Source: Candidatus Uhrbacteria bacterium (GTDB lineage Bacteria; Patescibacteriota; Patescibacteriia; JACQRZ01). Taken from it: a stretch of 49,037 nucleotides of DNA. The DNA lies in the NCBI GenBank assembly GCA_023246955.1, contig JAHFHK010000003.1, forward strand, positions 1-49,037. Reading direction: 5' to 3'. The first letter of the stretch is position 1, and every line of letters starts with the position of its first letter. The notes beneath the pieces were generated by a model that was not told the origin of the DNA, searched no databases, and was given only the letters and a program-made list of their open reading frames with translations. This document shows, piece after piece, positions 9,805 through 17,864 of this stretch. A program made the position numbers and the translations under genes.

Positions 9805-12621
9805 ATGTCGTTATTTACCCGTATTTTTGGTGATCCTAATGAGCGCATCATAAAAGAACTTCGAGGAATCGTAGACCAGATCAACGCGCGCGAAGCGACA
9901 TATACGGCAATGCCGAACGAGGAGCTCAAAGAACAGACGCTTCATTTTCGTAAAAAACTCACCGAAGGGACCGCCACCCTCGACACATTACTTCCCGACG
10001 CGTTCGCAGTCTGTCGTGAAATGGCAAAGCGCAAAATAGGACAGCGACATTTTGATGTACAGCTCATGGGAGGCATCGCACTCCACCGAGGACAGATCGC
10101 CGAAATGCGCACCGGAGAAGGAAAGACACTGATGGCAACCGCACCGGTATATCTCAACGCCCTCGAGGGAAAGGGAGTGCACCTCGTCACCGTCAACGAC
10201 TACCTCGCCATGCGTGATGCCGTATGGATGGGGCAGGTATACTACGCACTCGGCCTCTCAGTAGGATGTATCCAGCACGAAGTCGCATATCTCTATGATC
10301 CGACTTACAAAGTAGAAAAGGAATCCGAAGAAGAAAAAACCGAAACAGAAAAAGAACAAGATACCGAGGGAGCATTCCGTATTCAGCATGAGTTTATGCG
10401 CCCCTGCACTCGCCAAGAGGCATACAAAGCAGACATTCTCTACGGGACGAACAACGAATTTGGATTTGACTACCTCCGTGATAACCTCGCGTCATCGAAC
10501 GCACAGATGGTACAGCGCACACTCCACTATGCTATCGTCGATGAAGTCGATAGCATTCTCATTGACGAAGCTCGTACCCCACTCATCATCTCCGCAGCCG
10601 CCGAAGAATCAGCACAAGACTACTACCTCTATGCCAAATATGTCGCCCAGCTCATAGAAGGCGAAGACTATAACATCGATGAAAAACTCCGCGCGTCCAC
10701 GCTCACTGAAGAAGGCCTCCTGAAGATGGAGCAGCTTCTCGGTATGAAAGATTTTTACACTACCGCAGGCGTACGCACCGTCCACCACATCGAACAAGCC
10801 CTCAAAGCCCATGCACTCTTCAAGCGCGACAAAGATTACGTCGTAAAGGATAACGAAGTGGTGATTGTCGATGAATTCACTGGCCGTCTCATGCAGGGAC
10901 GTCGCTACTCAGAAGGACTCCATCAGGCAATCGAAGCCAAAGAAGGCGTCACGATCCAGCGCGAGAGCCAGACTCACGCAACCATCACCTTTCAAAACCT
11001 CTTCCGTCTCTATACGAAGCTTGCGGGTATGACCGGTACCGCAGCAACCGAAGCGGAAGAGTTTGCAAAAATCTACAAACGCGAAGTACTCACCATTCCG
11101 ACGCACCGCGGCATCGTTCGTAAAGACTTACCCGATCGCGTATACAAGTCCGAAGTAGGGAAGTTCAAGTCAGTAGTAGAAGATATACGCATCCGTCACG
11201 AAAGAGGACAGCCAGTCCTCGTCGGTACCGGCTCGATCGCAAAGAACGAGATCCTGAGCAACATGCTCGAAAAAGAAGGAATACCGCATGAAGTGCTGAA
11301 CGCAAAGAACCATGAACGCGAAGGAGAAATTATCGCACAGGCAGGACGTCTCGGAGGAGTCACAATTGCAACGAACATGGCAGGACGTGGAGTGGACATT
11401 CTCCTCGGAGGGAATCCACCTATACCTGAAGAAGCAGAGAAAGTACGTGCACTCGGAGGACTCTTTGTGCTCGGCACAGAGCGTCACGAATCACGACGTA
11501 TCGACAACCAGTTGCGCGGACGCGCAGGACGTCAAGGAGATCCAGGAGAAACACAGTTTACGGTATCGCTCGAAGATGACCTCATGCGTATCTTTGGATC
11601 CGAACGGATAAAAGGACTCATGGAGCGTCTCGGGGTTCCTGAGGATATGCCGATCGAAAATAAGATGATTACCCGTTCCCTCGAAGAAGCCCAGAAAAAG
11701 GTCGAGGGGCATAATTTTGATACCCGTAAGCATGTTGTTGAATATGACGACGTAATTAACAAGCATCGAGAAGTGATATATAGGAAGCGCCATGAGCTAC
11801 TCGACGCCTACGATCGAGAGATCGCAGCAATCAACGCCCAGGAAGAAGTTGCAGGGATAACACTCCGCAGTCTCATTATGGACGCAGTAGAGGATGAAAT
11901 CGAAAAACTCGTGCTCTTTCATACCGCGTCAGAACATGAAGGGGAATGGAATATCCAAGAGATCTACGAATCGGTACACTCCATGTTCCCGATAGCGGAC
12001 AGTGCGCGTATTGACCTCGATGGAATTCAGCGCACCGCCGGAGACAAGCTCGCCGACGCCCATGCGCGCACCGCAATCATTGCCTATCTCATGGATCTCG
12101 CACGGAAGAACTATGAAGAATTTGAAAAACATTTCATGGAGCAGATTCATGCAGTGGATGCATCAGTAAATCCCGCAACAATAGTTCGCCAAATCGAAAA
12201 GGACGTGTACCTCCGTTCACTTGATAGCATGTGGGTGGAGCATCTTGAAGCAATTGACCATCTGCGCACCGGTATCGGTTTGCGAGGATACGGACAGCGT
12301 GACCCGCTCGTGGAATACAAGAAGGAAGCATACCGCCTGTTCAGTGAACTCCTCACGCTCATCAACAAGCACGTCGTGTACACGATCTTCAAGCTGGGTA
12401 TTACACCACCAACGATACCTCCTGCAGAGGAACCTTCGTCGCTACCGATGAATGTAACTCTGAGTGCTCCCGCAAAAGAAGGGGATGTATCGAGCATCGC
12501 CACATCACAGCAAACGGGCACACCATCGAATACACCAGGGACTACGTATGAAAAAGTAGGCCGCAACGACCTCTGCCCCTGCGGAAGTGGCAAGAAGTAC
12601 AAGAAGTGTCACGGCGCGTAG
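9805..12621 (+). CDS. secA: Preprotein translocase ATPase SecA
   Basis: MRTGEGKTL Walker A, DEVDSILIDEARTPLIIS, TNMAGRGVDI, and the C-terminal zinc motif CPCGSGKKYKKCHG. Confidence 0.97.
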   Translation: MSLFTRIFGDPNERIIKELRGIVDQINAREATYTAMPNEELKEQTLHFRKKLTEGTATLDTLLPDAFAVCREMAKRKIGQRHFDVQLMGGIALHRGQIAEMRTGEGKTLMATAPVYLNALEGKGVHLVTVNDYLAMRDAVWMGQVYYALGLSVGCIQHEVAYLYDPTYKVEKESEEEKTETEKEQDTEGAFRIQHEFMRPCTRQEAYKADILYGTNNEFGFDYLRDNLASSNAQMVQRTLHYAIVDEVDSILIDEARTPLIISAAAEESAQDYYLYAKYVAQLIEGEDYNIDEKLRASTLTEEGLLKMEQLLGMKDFYTTAGVRTVHHIEQALKAHALFKRDKDYVVKDNEVVIVDEFTGRLMQGRRYSEGLHQAIEAKEGVTIQRESQTHATITFQNLFRLYTKLAGMTGTAATEAEEFAKIYKREVLTIPTHRGIVRKDLPDRVYKSEVGKFKSVVEDIRIRHERGQPVLVGTGSIAKNEILSNMLEKEGIPHEVLNAKNHEREGEIIAQAGRLGGVTIATNMAGRGVDILLGGNPPIPEEAEKVRALGGLFVLGTERHESRRIDNQLRGRAGRQGDPGETQFTVSLEDDLMRIFGSERIKGLMERLGVPEDMPIENKMITRSLEEAQKKVEGHNFDTRKHVVEYDDVINKHREVIYRKRHELLDAYDREIAAINAQEEVAGITLRSLIMDAVEDEIEKLVLFHTASEHEGEWNIQEIYESVHSMFPIADSARIDLDGIQRTAGDKLADAHARTAIIAYLMDLARKNYEEFEKHFMEQIHAVDASVNPATIVRQIEKDVYLRSLDSMWVEHLEAIDHLRTGIGLRGYGQRDPLVEYKKEAYRLFSELLTLINKHVVYTIFKLGITPPTIPPAEEPSSLPMNVTLSAPAKEGDVSSIATSQQTGTPSNTPGTTYEKVGRNDLCPCGSGKKYKKCHGA

Positions 12622-12662
12622 TTTCGTAAAAAAAAGCGATTTTACAGAGGTATGAGCAAAAT

Positions 12663-12702
12663 AAAAAGCGTATACATGAATTACTCATTGTATACGCTTT
12701 TT
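12663..12702. terminator. Bidirectional terminator between the convergent secA and the minus-strand operon
   Basis: 13-bp stem AAAAGCGTATACA/TGTATACGCTTTT flanked by A and T runs. Confidence 0.7.
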
Positions 12703-12723
12703 GAAATTCCAGGCGAGCTCTGA

Positions 12724-13371
12724 TTAAAAGAACTCGAACTGGTATTTGGAAGGAGCTGCCTTATCCTGGACAATTCTGACATTGCCAGAAGCGGAGGCGT
12801 TGCCCATGTCCAGCTTCAGCCAGCTTGCACCGACTTTGCCAGGTAAGGCGAAGAACGCGTTCCCAACATCGTTAGGGAGAACATTGGTCAGGGAGAACAC
12901 CGCAGTGTTTCCATCCCACTTACCTTCAATGGCGCCATTGCCGATTTCATAACCTAGGCGATTAATTCCCAGGTACGGTTTCAGACTGGCATCGATATTT
13001 CCCTGGTACCCGAATGTGGGGAGCGAGGGAAACGCGACGCGGAGATCACTGCCACTTCGAGTGACGGTGATATTCTGCACTGGTGCAGTCTGGGGGTTGG
13101 CAATAACTTGGCCGGAGCTAGTCACTTGTGTACCAGCGGATACACCGCCAGCCATAGGTTGGCCAGGGGTTGCATTCACCACCGTTCCATTTGGAGAGTT
13201 ATTAGCTCCCGTCTGGTTTGTGTTGGATGCACCAGGGCTTGCGCTACTGGTGGCGGTTGTTCCTGGGGCAGTGCTGTTAAGAACCGCTCCTGGAATGGTT
13301 TTCTTACACCCAGTCGTCGAAACGGCTAAGGCAACTGTCAATAGGATTCCAAAAAACTTTCTTTTATCCAT
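12724..13371 (-). CDS. Secreted lipoprotein, hypothetical
   Basis: Lipobox signal MDKRKFFGILLTVALAVSTTGC, a low-complexity S/T/N/G linker, then a beta-rich C-terminal domain. Confidence 0.7.
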   Translation of the reverse strand: MDKRKFFGILLTVALAVSTTGCKKTIPGAVLNSTAPGTTATSSASPGASNTNQTGANNSPNGTVVNATPGQPMAGGVSAGTQVTSSGQVIANPQTAPVQNITVTRSGSDLRVAFPSLPTFGYQGNIDASLKPYLGINRLGYEIGNGAIEGKWDGNTAVFSLTNVLPNDVGNAFFALPGKVGASWLKLDMGNASASGNVRIVQDKAAPSKYQFEFF

Positions 13372-13388
13372 CTTTCTTCTCTATTCTC

Positions 13389-14435
13389 CTAGTTTTCTTT
13401 CGTATGCGCCGCTAAAGCATTATTTGCATCCTGCACTTGGCGCTGTTGTGCAAGGACATCAATCGTTGGCTCAACTGCAGGTGCTTGCTCTTGTGAAGCA
13501 GGCGCTGCTGGTTTGGCTGCCGGTACTCTTGGTGGTGGATACACCCGTCGAGCGGCGGGTTCAGGCGGAACGTACTGAGGATACGATATCACATCCTCAC
13601 GAGGAGGGGGAGTCGGATCCGGCGTAGGCGTTGCCTTCGGCAGAGTCACGTTCACATCTATCTTGCTGGGCATCACTCCCGCTGTTGCTCCTTGAGCCGA
13701 AGCCGAAGGGGGCTGTGATGCAGGGGGTCGAACGGTATGAGGATCGGTTACTGCCTGTATATTTCCGCTGTCATTCCTCGTGAGAGGTGACACGGCGACA
13801 AATATGAGTAGTAGCCCACAGAGTGCAACCCCGAGTAACGTCGCTACTTGCATACCTCCTTGATAGGGAGTACCGCTCGCTACAGAAGAAACCACTTTAG
13901 GCTTCAGCGCGTCTTCAAGATCCTTCTTGAGTTTTGCGATTTCCTGTTCCTTCATTACGAGCGTTGCTTTCGCTTTGCCAATGGTTTCATTAGCTTGAGT
14001 GATGGTATCTTGTTCTCGAGCGTTAGTATTGGCAACCAGGCTACCCTTCGCTGCGAGCTCTTCGGTGAGACCTTGATTCTTCTGTTGGAGCTCCTCTACT
14101 TGTTTAAGGACTTTCCCTTTTTCAGCAGTGGCGTTCCTTTGAAGATCAGCGATTTCGGTTTCTAGATTTATTCGTGCGCTGATCGCATCATTTCTCTGTT
14201 GGTTCGCGGTTGCGATCATGGCAGAAAAACTAGCGAGGGTGCCTTCAAGACTTCTATTATCCTTTGCGAGGATGATGGTCAGCTCCTGAAGTTTTTCCTG
14301 GACATCAAGTCCCTGGCTAAACCCCTCTTCTATCTCCTTTTTGAGACCCTGAATCTTTTTCTTCGTTGATTCACGACCTGGTTGAGGAGGAGAAGAAGGG
14401 GGGGTATCAGGCGCCGAAATTGCTTGTGGTGCCAT
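13389..14435 (-). CDS. Bitopic membrane protein: N-terminal coiled coil, one TM helix, proline-rich exterior tail
   Basis: Heptad-like E/K/Q/L-rich region, TM helix VATLLGVALCGLLLIFVAV, and a PPxP-rich C-terminus. Confidence 0.65.
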   Translation of the reverse strand: MAPQAISAPDTPPSSPPQPGRESTKKKIQGLKKEIEEGFSQGLDVQEKLQELTIILAKDNRSLEGTLASFSAMIATANQQRNDAISARINLETEIADLQRNATAEKGKVLKQVEELQQKNQGLTEELAAKGSLVANTNAREQDTITQANETIGKAKATLVMKEQEIAKLKKDLEDALKPKVVSSVASGTPYQGGMQVATLLGVALCGLLLIFVAVSPLTRNDSGNIQAVTDPHTVRPPASQPPSASAQGATAGVMPSKIDVNVTLPKATPTPDPTPPPREDVISYPQYVPPEPAARRVYPPPRVPAAKPAAPASQEQAPAVEPTIDVLAQQRQVQDANNALAAHTKEN

Positions 14436-14461
14436 ATAACCCCTCCTTTCTTTTCTTTATT

Positions 14462-15235
14462 TTAGTTCTGGCTGTGATAGTCGGTACTCGGAGCACCGAT
14501 TTGGAAGTCGCTTCCAAAGTTGAACAATGTCACCGAAGCGCTACCGCTCGGCATCCATTTTTCTCCATCGAAAGCAATCATGGGAGTCAACTTAACTCTC
14601 CCGGCGAAGAAATCGAATTCAAATCCTCCGACTCCAGTCACCCCTGGCGTTCCATCAAAGGTGCCATTCATATGAGTACCGAGCGTAACCCACATAGAGA
14701 AGAACTTATCTTTCTCTGTGTTGGGGAAGGGGAGCCGTACGGACATGGTGTGATCCATGGCATACTGACCAAAGTCAGTAGTCGCACGGGCAGACCCTTT
14801 GAGATCAACGCCACCTAAGTTGAAGGTTTTGGTGAAATCAAGATCTATCCTCGGCCCGAGAAAGGCTCCATCGTTGGGGTTACCGAGAACATGGATTGCT
14901 CCAATCAATTCCCAATCTTTCCCACGAAGGACGCCGCCAGCACCACCACCGAGTCCATATTCACCAGACGAGTAGGGGCTCTGCGTGAGTCCATTCTCGA
15001 GTCCTGCGATATGTCCAACGACATCAGCGGTAAAACCGAATTCAATCTCCCCAGTTTTCCCGAGCATCGCAATAAAGCGAAGTCTTTGATCCCAGAAAGT
15101 AGCCTCATCATTACTGTCAGAGGTATTTTGCTGGAACGCAGTATTGCTACGCACTTCTAAGTGCGCATTATACGGCTTTGCCGGTTCTTTGATGGTGATC
15201 GGCTTTATTGGAGCAGGTGCTTCAGTGAGCGTCAC
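14462..15235 (-). CDS. Beta-strand-rich hypothetical protein without an obvious signal peptide
   Basis: Alternating aromatic/Gly-rich beta-like segments (GFEFDFFAGRVKLTPMIAF). The start lies 3 nt after the upstream gene's stop. Confidence 0.55.
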   Translation of the reverse strand: MTLTEAPAPIKPITIKEPAKPYNAHLEVRSNTAFQQNTSDSNDEATFWDQRLRFIAMLGKTGEIEFGFTADVVGHIAGLENGLTQSPYSSGEYGLGGGAGGVLRGKDWELIGAIHVLGNPNDGAFLGPRIDLDFTKTFNLGGVDLKGSARATTDFGQYAMDHTMSVRLPFPNTEKDKFFSMWVTLGTHMNGTFDGTPGVTGVGGFEFDFFAGRVKLTPMIAFDGEKWMPSGSASVTLFNFGSDFQIGAPSTDYHSQN

Positions 15236-15238
15236 CGA

Positions 15239-16027
15239 CTAATTCGTCGAAGACACAGGATTTTCTCCCATGAAGGTAACAGTATAGGGAAGCTTCGAAC
15301 GGCAGAAGTGTTCAACTCCTGTCTTCTTGGCGCTATACGGGTCACCTACCCCAGCTTGCTTGACCAGCTTGCCCTCTATATAGAGAGACTCAGCATTGGA
15401 TGACCACGTTAAATCGGTACATCCACCCTTTTTCAAGGAGGTTTTTTTCGCTTCAAGGGTTGAAGAAGCCTTTTCATACACATTAACAATCAGAGTTTCG
15501 GTAACCGTATTTCCACTAATACCAGTTGCCTGGACAGTGATAACACTTCTGCCGGGTTTCTTGAATGCCACGGTCGTTTTTGGAGTGAATTTCTGGGCAA
15601 AGTTGCTAATGCGGTATGCTGCATCCATACTATCTAACCCAAGGGCTTGATACTGGATACTCGACCCATTCCCACTTGACTGGTTCTGGGTGACCTTATA
15701 AGTCTGGTTGGCATTGGTAGTGCCTGCTGGAACAACTTTTTGGAAGGTTGCCTCACCGTTGGTGGCGATCGTTATGAGCTCCACTAACTCTGCACCTATC
15801 TCAATATCCTGGGGTTCATCAACTTTGAGATTGAGAACCTGTGGCCCATTGCCACTTTTCAGCTGTTTGCTGAGGATAGTGACCTTCCCTACCTTCTTAG
15901 CTCTTTCTTGAGGAGAGAGCACTTTCTTAGTAGGAGCCTTAGCAGGAGCTGCCTGTGAGGGCAGATTGCCAAACGCAACCGTGAGAGCGATAGCCGTAAT
16001 CATCAACTGAGAAAATCTTTTCTTCAT
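15239..16027 (-). CDS. Secreted hypothetical protein
   Basis: Signal peptide MKKRFSQLMITAIALTVAFGNLPSQAAP. First gene of the four-gene minus-strand operon. Confidence 0.65.
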   Translation of the reverse strand: MKKRFSQLMITAIALTVAFGNLPSQAAPAKAPTKKVLSPQERAKKVGKVTILSKQLKSGNGPQVLNLKVDEPQDIEIGAELVELITIATNGEATFQKVVPAGTTNANQTYKVTQNQSSGNGSSIQYQALGLDSMDAAYRISNFAQKFTPKTTVAFKKPGRSVITVQATGISGNTVTETLIVNVYEKASSTLEAKKTSLKKGGCTDLTWSSNAESLYIEGKLVKQAGVGDPYSAKKTGVEHFCRSKLPYTVTFMGENPVSSTN

Positions 16028-16244
16028 TTTCCTTATACTTCCTTTTTCTTTCTCTACTTTACCTTAGATCAATTTTCAATATACAGTTCTGAATCCGGGA
16101 GGCATCGTGAGATGCGTGGTTCTTTGTGAGGATTTCAGATTGCCTGCACGTTAGCATGCTTTATATTTTTTGTCAAGAGTGATTTTCATTAATTATTCCC
16201 GAGGAGCCTAGCGGGCATTCCCAGCCAGCGACCACAGGGGGGAC

Positions 16245-16273
16245 TTGACAAAACTTGAATAGTCTGGTAGTGT
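16245..16273 (+). promoter_or_regulatory. Sigma-70-type promoter (TTGACA-N17-TAGTGT, with TGG upstream of the -10)
   Basis: Located in the divergent intergenic region upstream of 16355. A second TTGACA lies at 16309, and a minus-strand TTGACA-N17-TAACGT at about 16150-16180. Confidence 0.5.
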
Positions 16274-16354
16274 ACAGGCAATTCAGAGAGTAACACTCTG
16301 GAGCAACCTTGACAAATAAAAACATTAAGTAAAGAAAGGGGGTTTTCATAGATC

Positions 16355-17701
16355 ATGAAAACCACAAAATTGACGGTAAAGTTAAGCGTATTGATGATTT
16401 CTCTAGCCCTGATGACCCTCCCTGGCTGCAAAAAACAGCTTCCGGCGGGTACAACTGGCCCCTCTGCTTCGCCATCTCCTTCGGGATCGGCGTCCGCATC
16501 AGCAAGCCCCTCACCGAGCGCAAGCCCAACCAGCACGCTTCCTAACGCTGCTGATCCGCCCAGAATCATTTCCCTGACAGCAGGGAATACAAACCCCGTC
16601 AAAGGGGAGGTGGTAAATTTCACTATCGGCATGGGTCCCGCACTCCGTGAAGGCTATAACAGCCGTGTAGTCCTAGAAAACAGCAATGGAGTCCGGATCT
16701 ACGAAGGGGCATACGGCAACGCTAATGTCACCGTAAACGCCTCCAAGGCTATTGATCAGTCAGGCGCCGTGACGGTGAAAGCCTATGTGGAAGCCGATAA
16801 GGTTATCACAGGGATGTCAACGCAACGGGGGCAAGAGCTTACACTCGCCTTGAACGTAAAAGAAGGAAGCGGATCAAACGATCCTAACGCTACCGACCCT
16901 CAAAAGGTGCTCAGTCTCATGCTGAGCTCTACTAATGTGAAGGTAGGGGATGCAGTGAATGCCGTCTATACCCTCAACCCAGCAAAAAACACCGACTATC
17001 AGGTAGCAGTGAAGGTCAATTGGGGAGATGGTGCTCCGAGCAGTACTCAGCTCTTCACCCCAGGAACGATGGCACCTTCGCTAGGAAGTCATACGTATAA
17101 CAGCGCAGGCACCTACAGTGTCTCCGCCTATACGGAATCTCCTACAAAAGGAACCTCACAGGCGATGTTTGCAACTATCATGGTCCAGGCAAACCCCGTA
17201 CCAACCCCGATTCCAGTCGTGACCCCTATACCAGTAGTCACTCCGCTACCCGTGAATCCAACGGTAGCACCTACGGTGAATCCAACAGTGAACCCCACGG
17301 TAGCGCCAACAGTAGCACCGACCGTGAATCCGACTGTTGCACCAACAGTGAATCCAACAGTGGCTCCCGCGCAAGGAGCAGCGATCTCTCGCTCAGGAAG
17401 CACGGTTACCATAACCGGACTATCCGCCGCGAATATCGTCGGCCCCTTCCCAGCCGGATATGATGCTGCAAAAATCATCGCAGACTTAGCTTCTGGAGCA
17501 GCAAAGCCTTCATTTGTCGGCACTGCTTCCGGATGGCAAGGTCCTGGGAGTCTCGGTAGTTATTCCGCCGGAACGGCAACGGTAACAGTGAGTGGCGAAG
17601 GCAATGTTGCCTACGTCGCTGGCAGCACGGTGCTAGGATGGACACTCAATACGTCCCTCCAAAACTATGCTACGGTATATACCGGTACCACCATAAAGTA
17701 A
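16355..17701 (+). CDS. Surface lipoprotein with a PKD-like domain and PT-rich tandem repeats
   Basis: Lipobox LMTLPGC, PKD-like NWGDGAPSS...HTYNSAGTYSVSAY, and (PTV[NA])n repeats. Confidence 0.75.
   Translation: MKTTKLTVKLSVLMISLALMTLPGCKKQLPAGTTGPSASPSPSGSASASASPSPSASPTSTLPNAADPPRIISLTAGNTNPVKGEVVNFTIGMGPALREGYNSRVVLENSNGVRIYEGAYGNANVTVNASKAIDQSGAVTVKAYVEADKVITGMSTQRGQELTLALNVKEGSGSNDPNATDPQKVLSLMLSSTNVKVGDAVNAVYTLNPAKNTDYQVAVKVNWGDGAPSSTQLFTPGTMAPSLGSHTYNSAGTYSVSAYTESPTKGTSQAMFATIMVQANPVPTPIPVVTPIPVVTPLPVNPTVAPTVNPTVNPTVAPTVAPTVNPTVAPTVNPTVAPAQGAAISRSGSTVTITGLSAANIVGPFPAGYDAAKIIADLASGAAKPSFVGTASGWQGPGSLGSYSAGTATVTVSGEGNVAYVAGSTVLGWTLNTSLQNYATVYTGTTIK
17199..17368 (+). repeat. In-frame tandem repeats coding PIPVVT x2 and about 9 units of PTV(N/A) (12-nt period)
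   Basis: Read directly as ...PTPIPVVTPIPVVTPLPVNPTVAPTVNPTVNPTVAPTVAPTVNPTVAPTVNPTVAP. Confidence 0.85.
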
Positions 17702-17704
17702 TCC

Positions 17705-17751
17705 AAGCTCCGATTGATTCTGAAATAACAGAATTGATCGGAGCTTTTTTC
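17705..17751 (+). terminator. Rho-independent terminator
   Basis: 18-bp stem AAGCTCCGATTGATTCTG/CAGAATTGATCGGAGCTT followed by a T-run. Confidence 0.8.
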
Positions 17752-17775
17752 TTTGTACAAAAGGGCGAATCGATC

Positions 17776-17804
17776 TTGACAAAAAATAAAACCTGTGCTA
17801 GAGT
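17776..17804 (+). promoter_or_regulatory. Sigma-70-type promoter (TTGACA-N17-TAGAGT, with TGTGC upstream)
   Basis: Consensus -35 and an extended -10-like TG, 60 nt upstream of ATG 17865. An AAAGGAGAA RBS is present. Confidence 0.55.
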
Positions 17805-17864
17805 GTGCGGGATAGAAACGATCTTTAAAAACTCAAATAAGCTGAAAGAAAAAGGAGAATAGAG

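Noticed and set aside
16189-16632. 147-aa minus-strand ORF spanning the divergent promoter region and the 5' end of the 16355 lipoprotein gene
   Set aside because: It overlaps two promoter-like sites and the signal-peptide coding region of a well-supported gene, and it has no start context. Judged spurious.
17199-17368. Short-period direct repeats that could be mistaken for a CRISPR-like or satellite array
   Set aside because: The period is 12 nt, in frame and inside a long lipoprotein ORF, coding PTV(N/A) units. There are no spacers and no cas genes.
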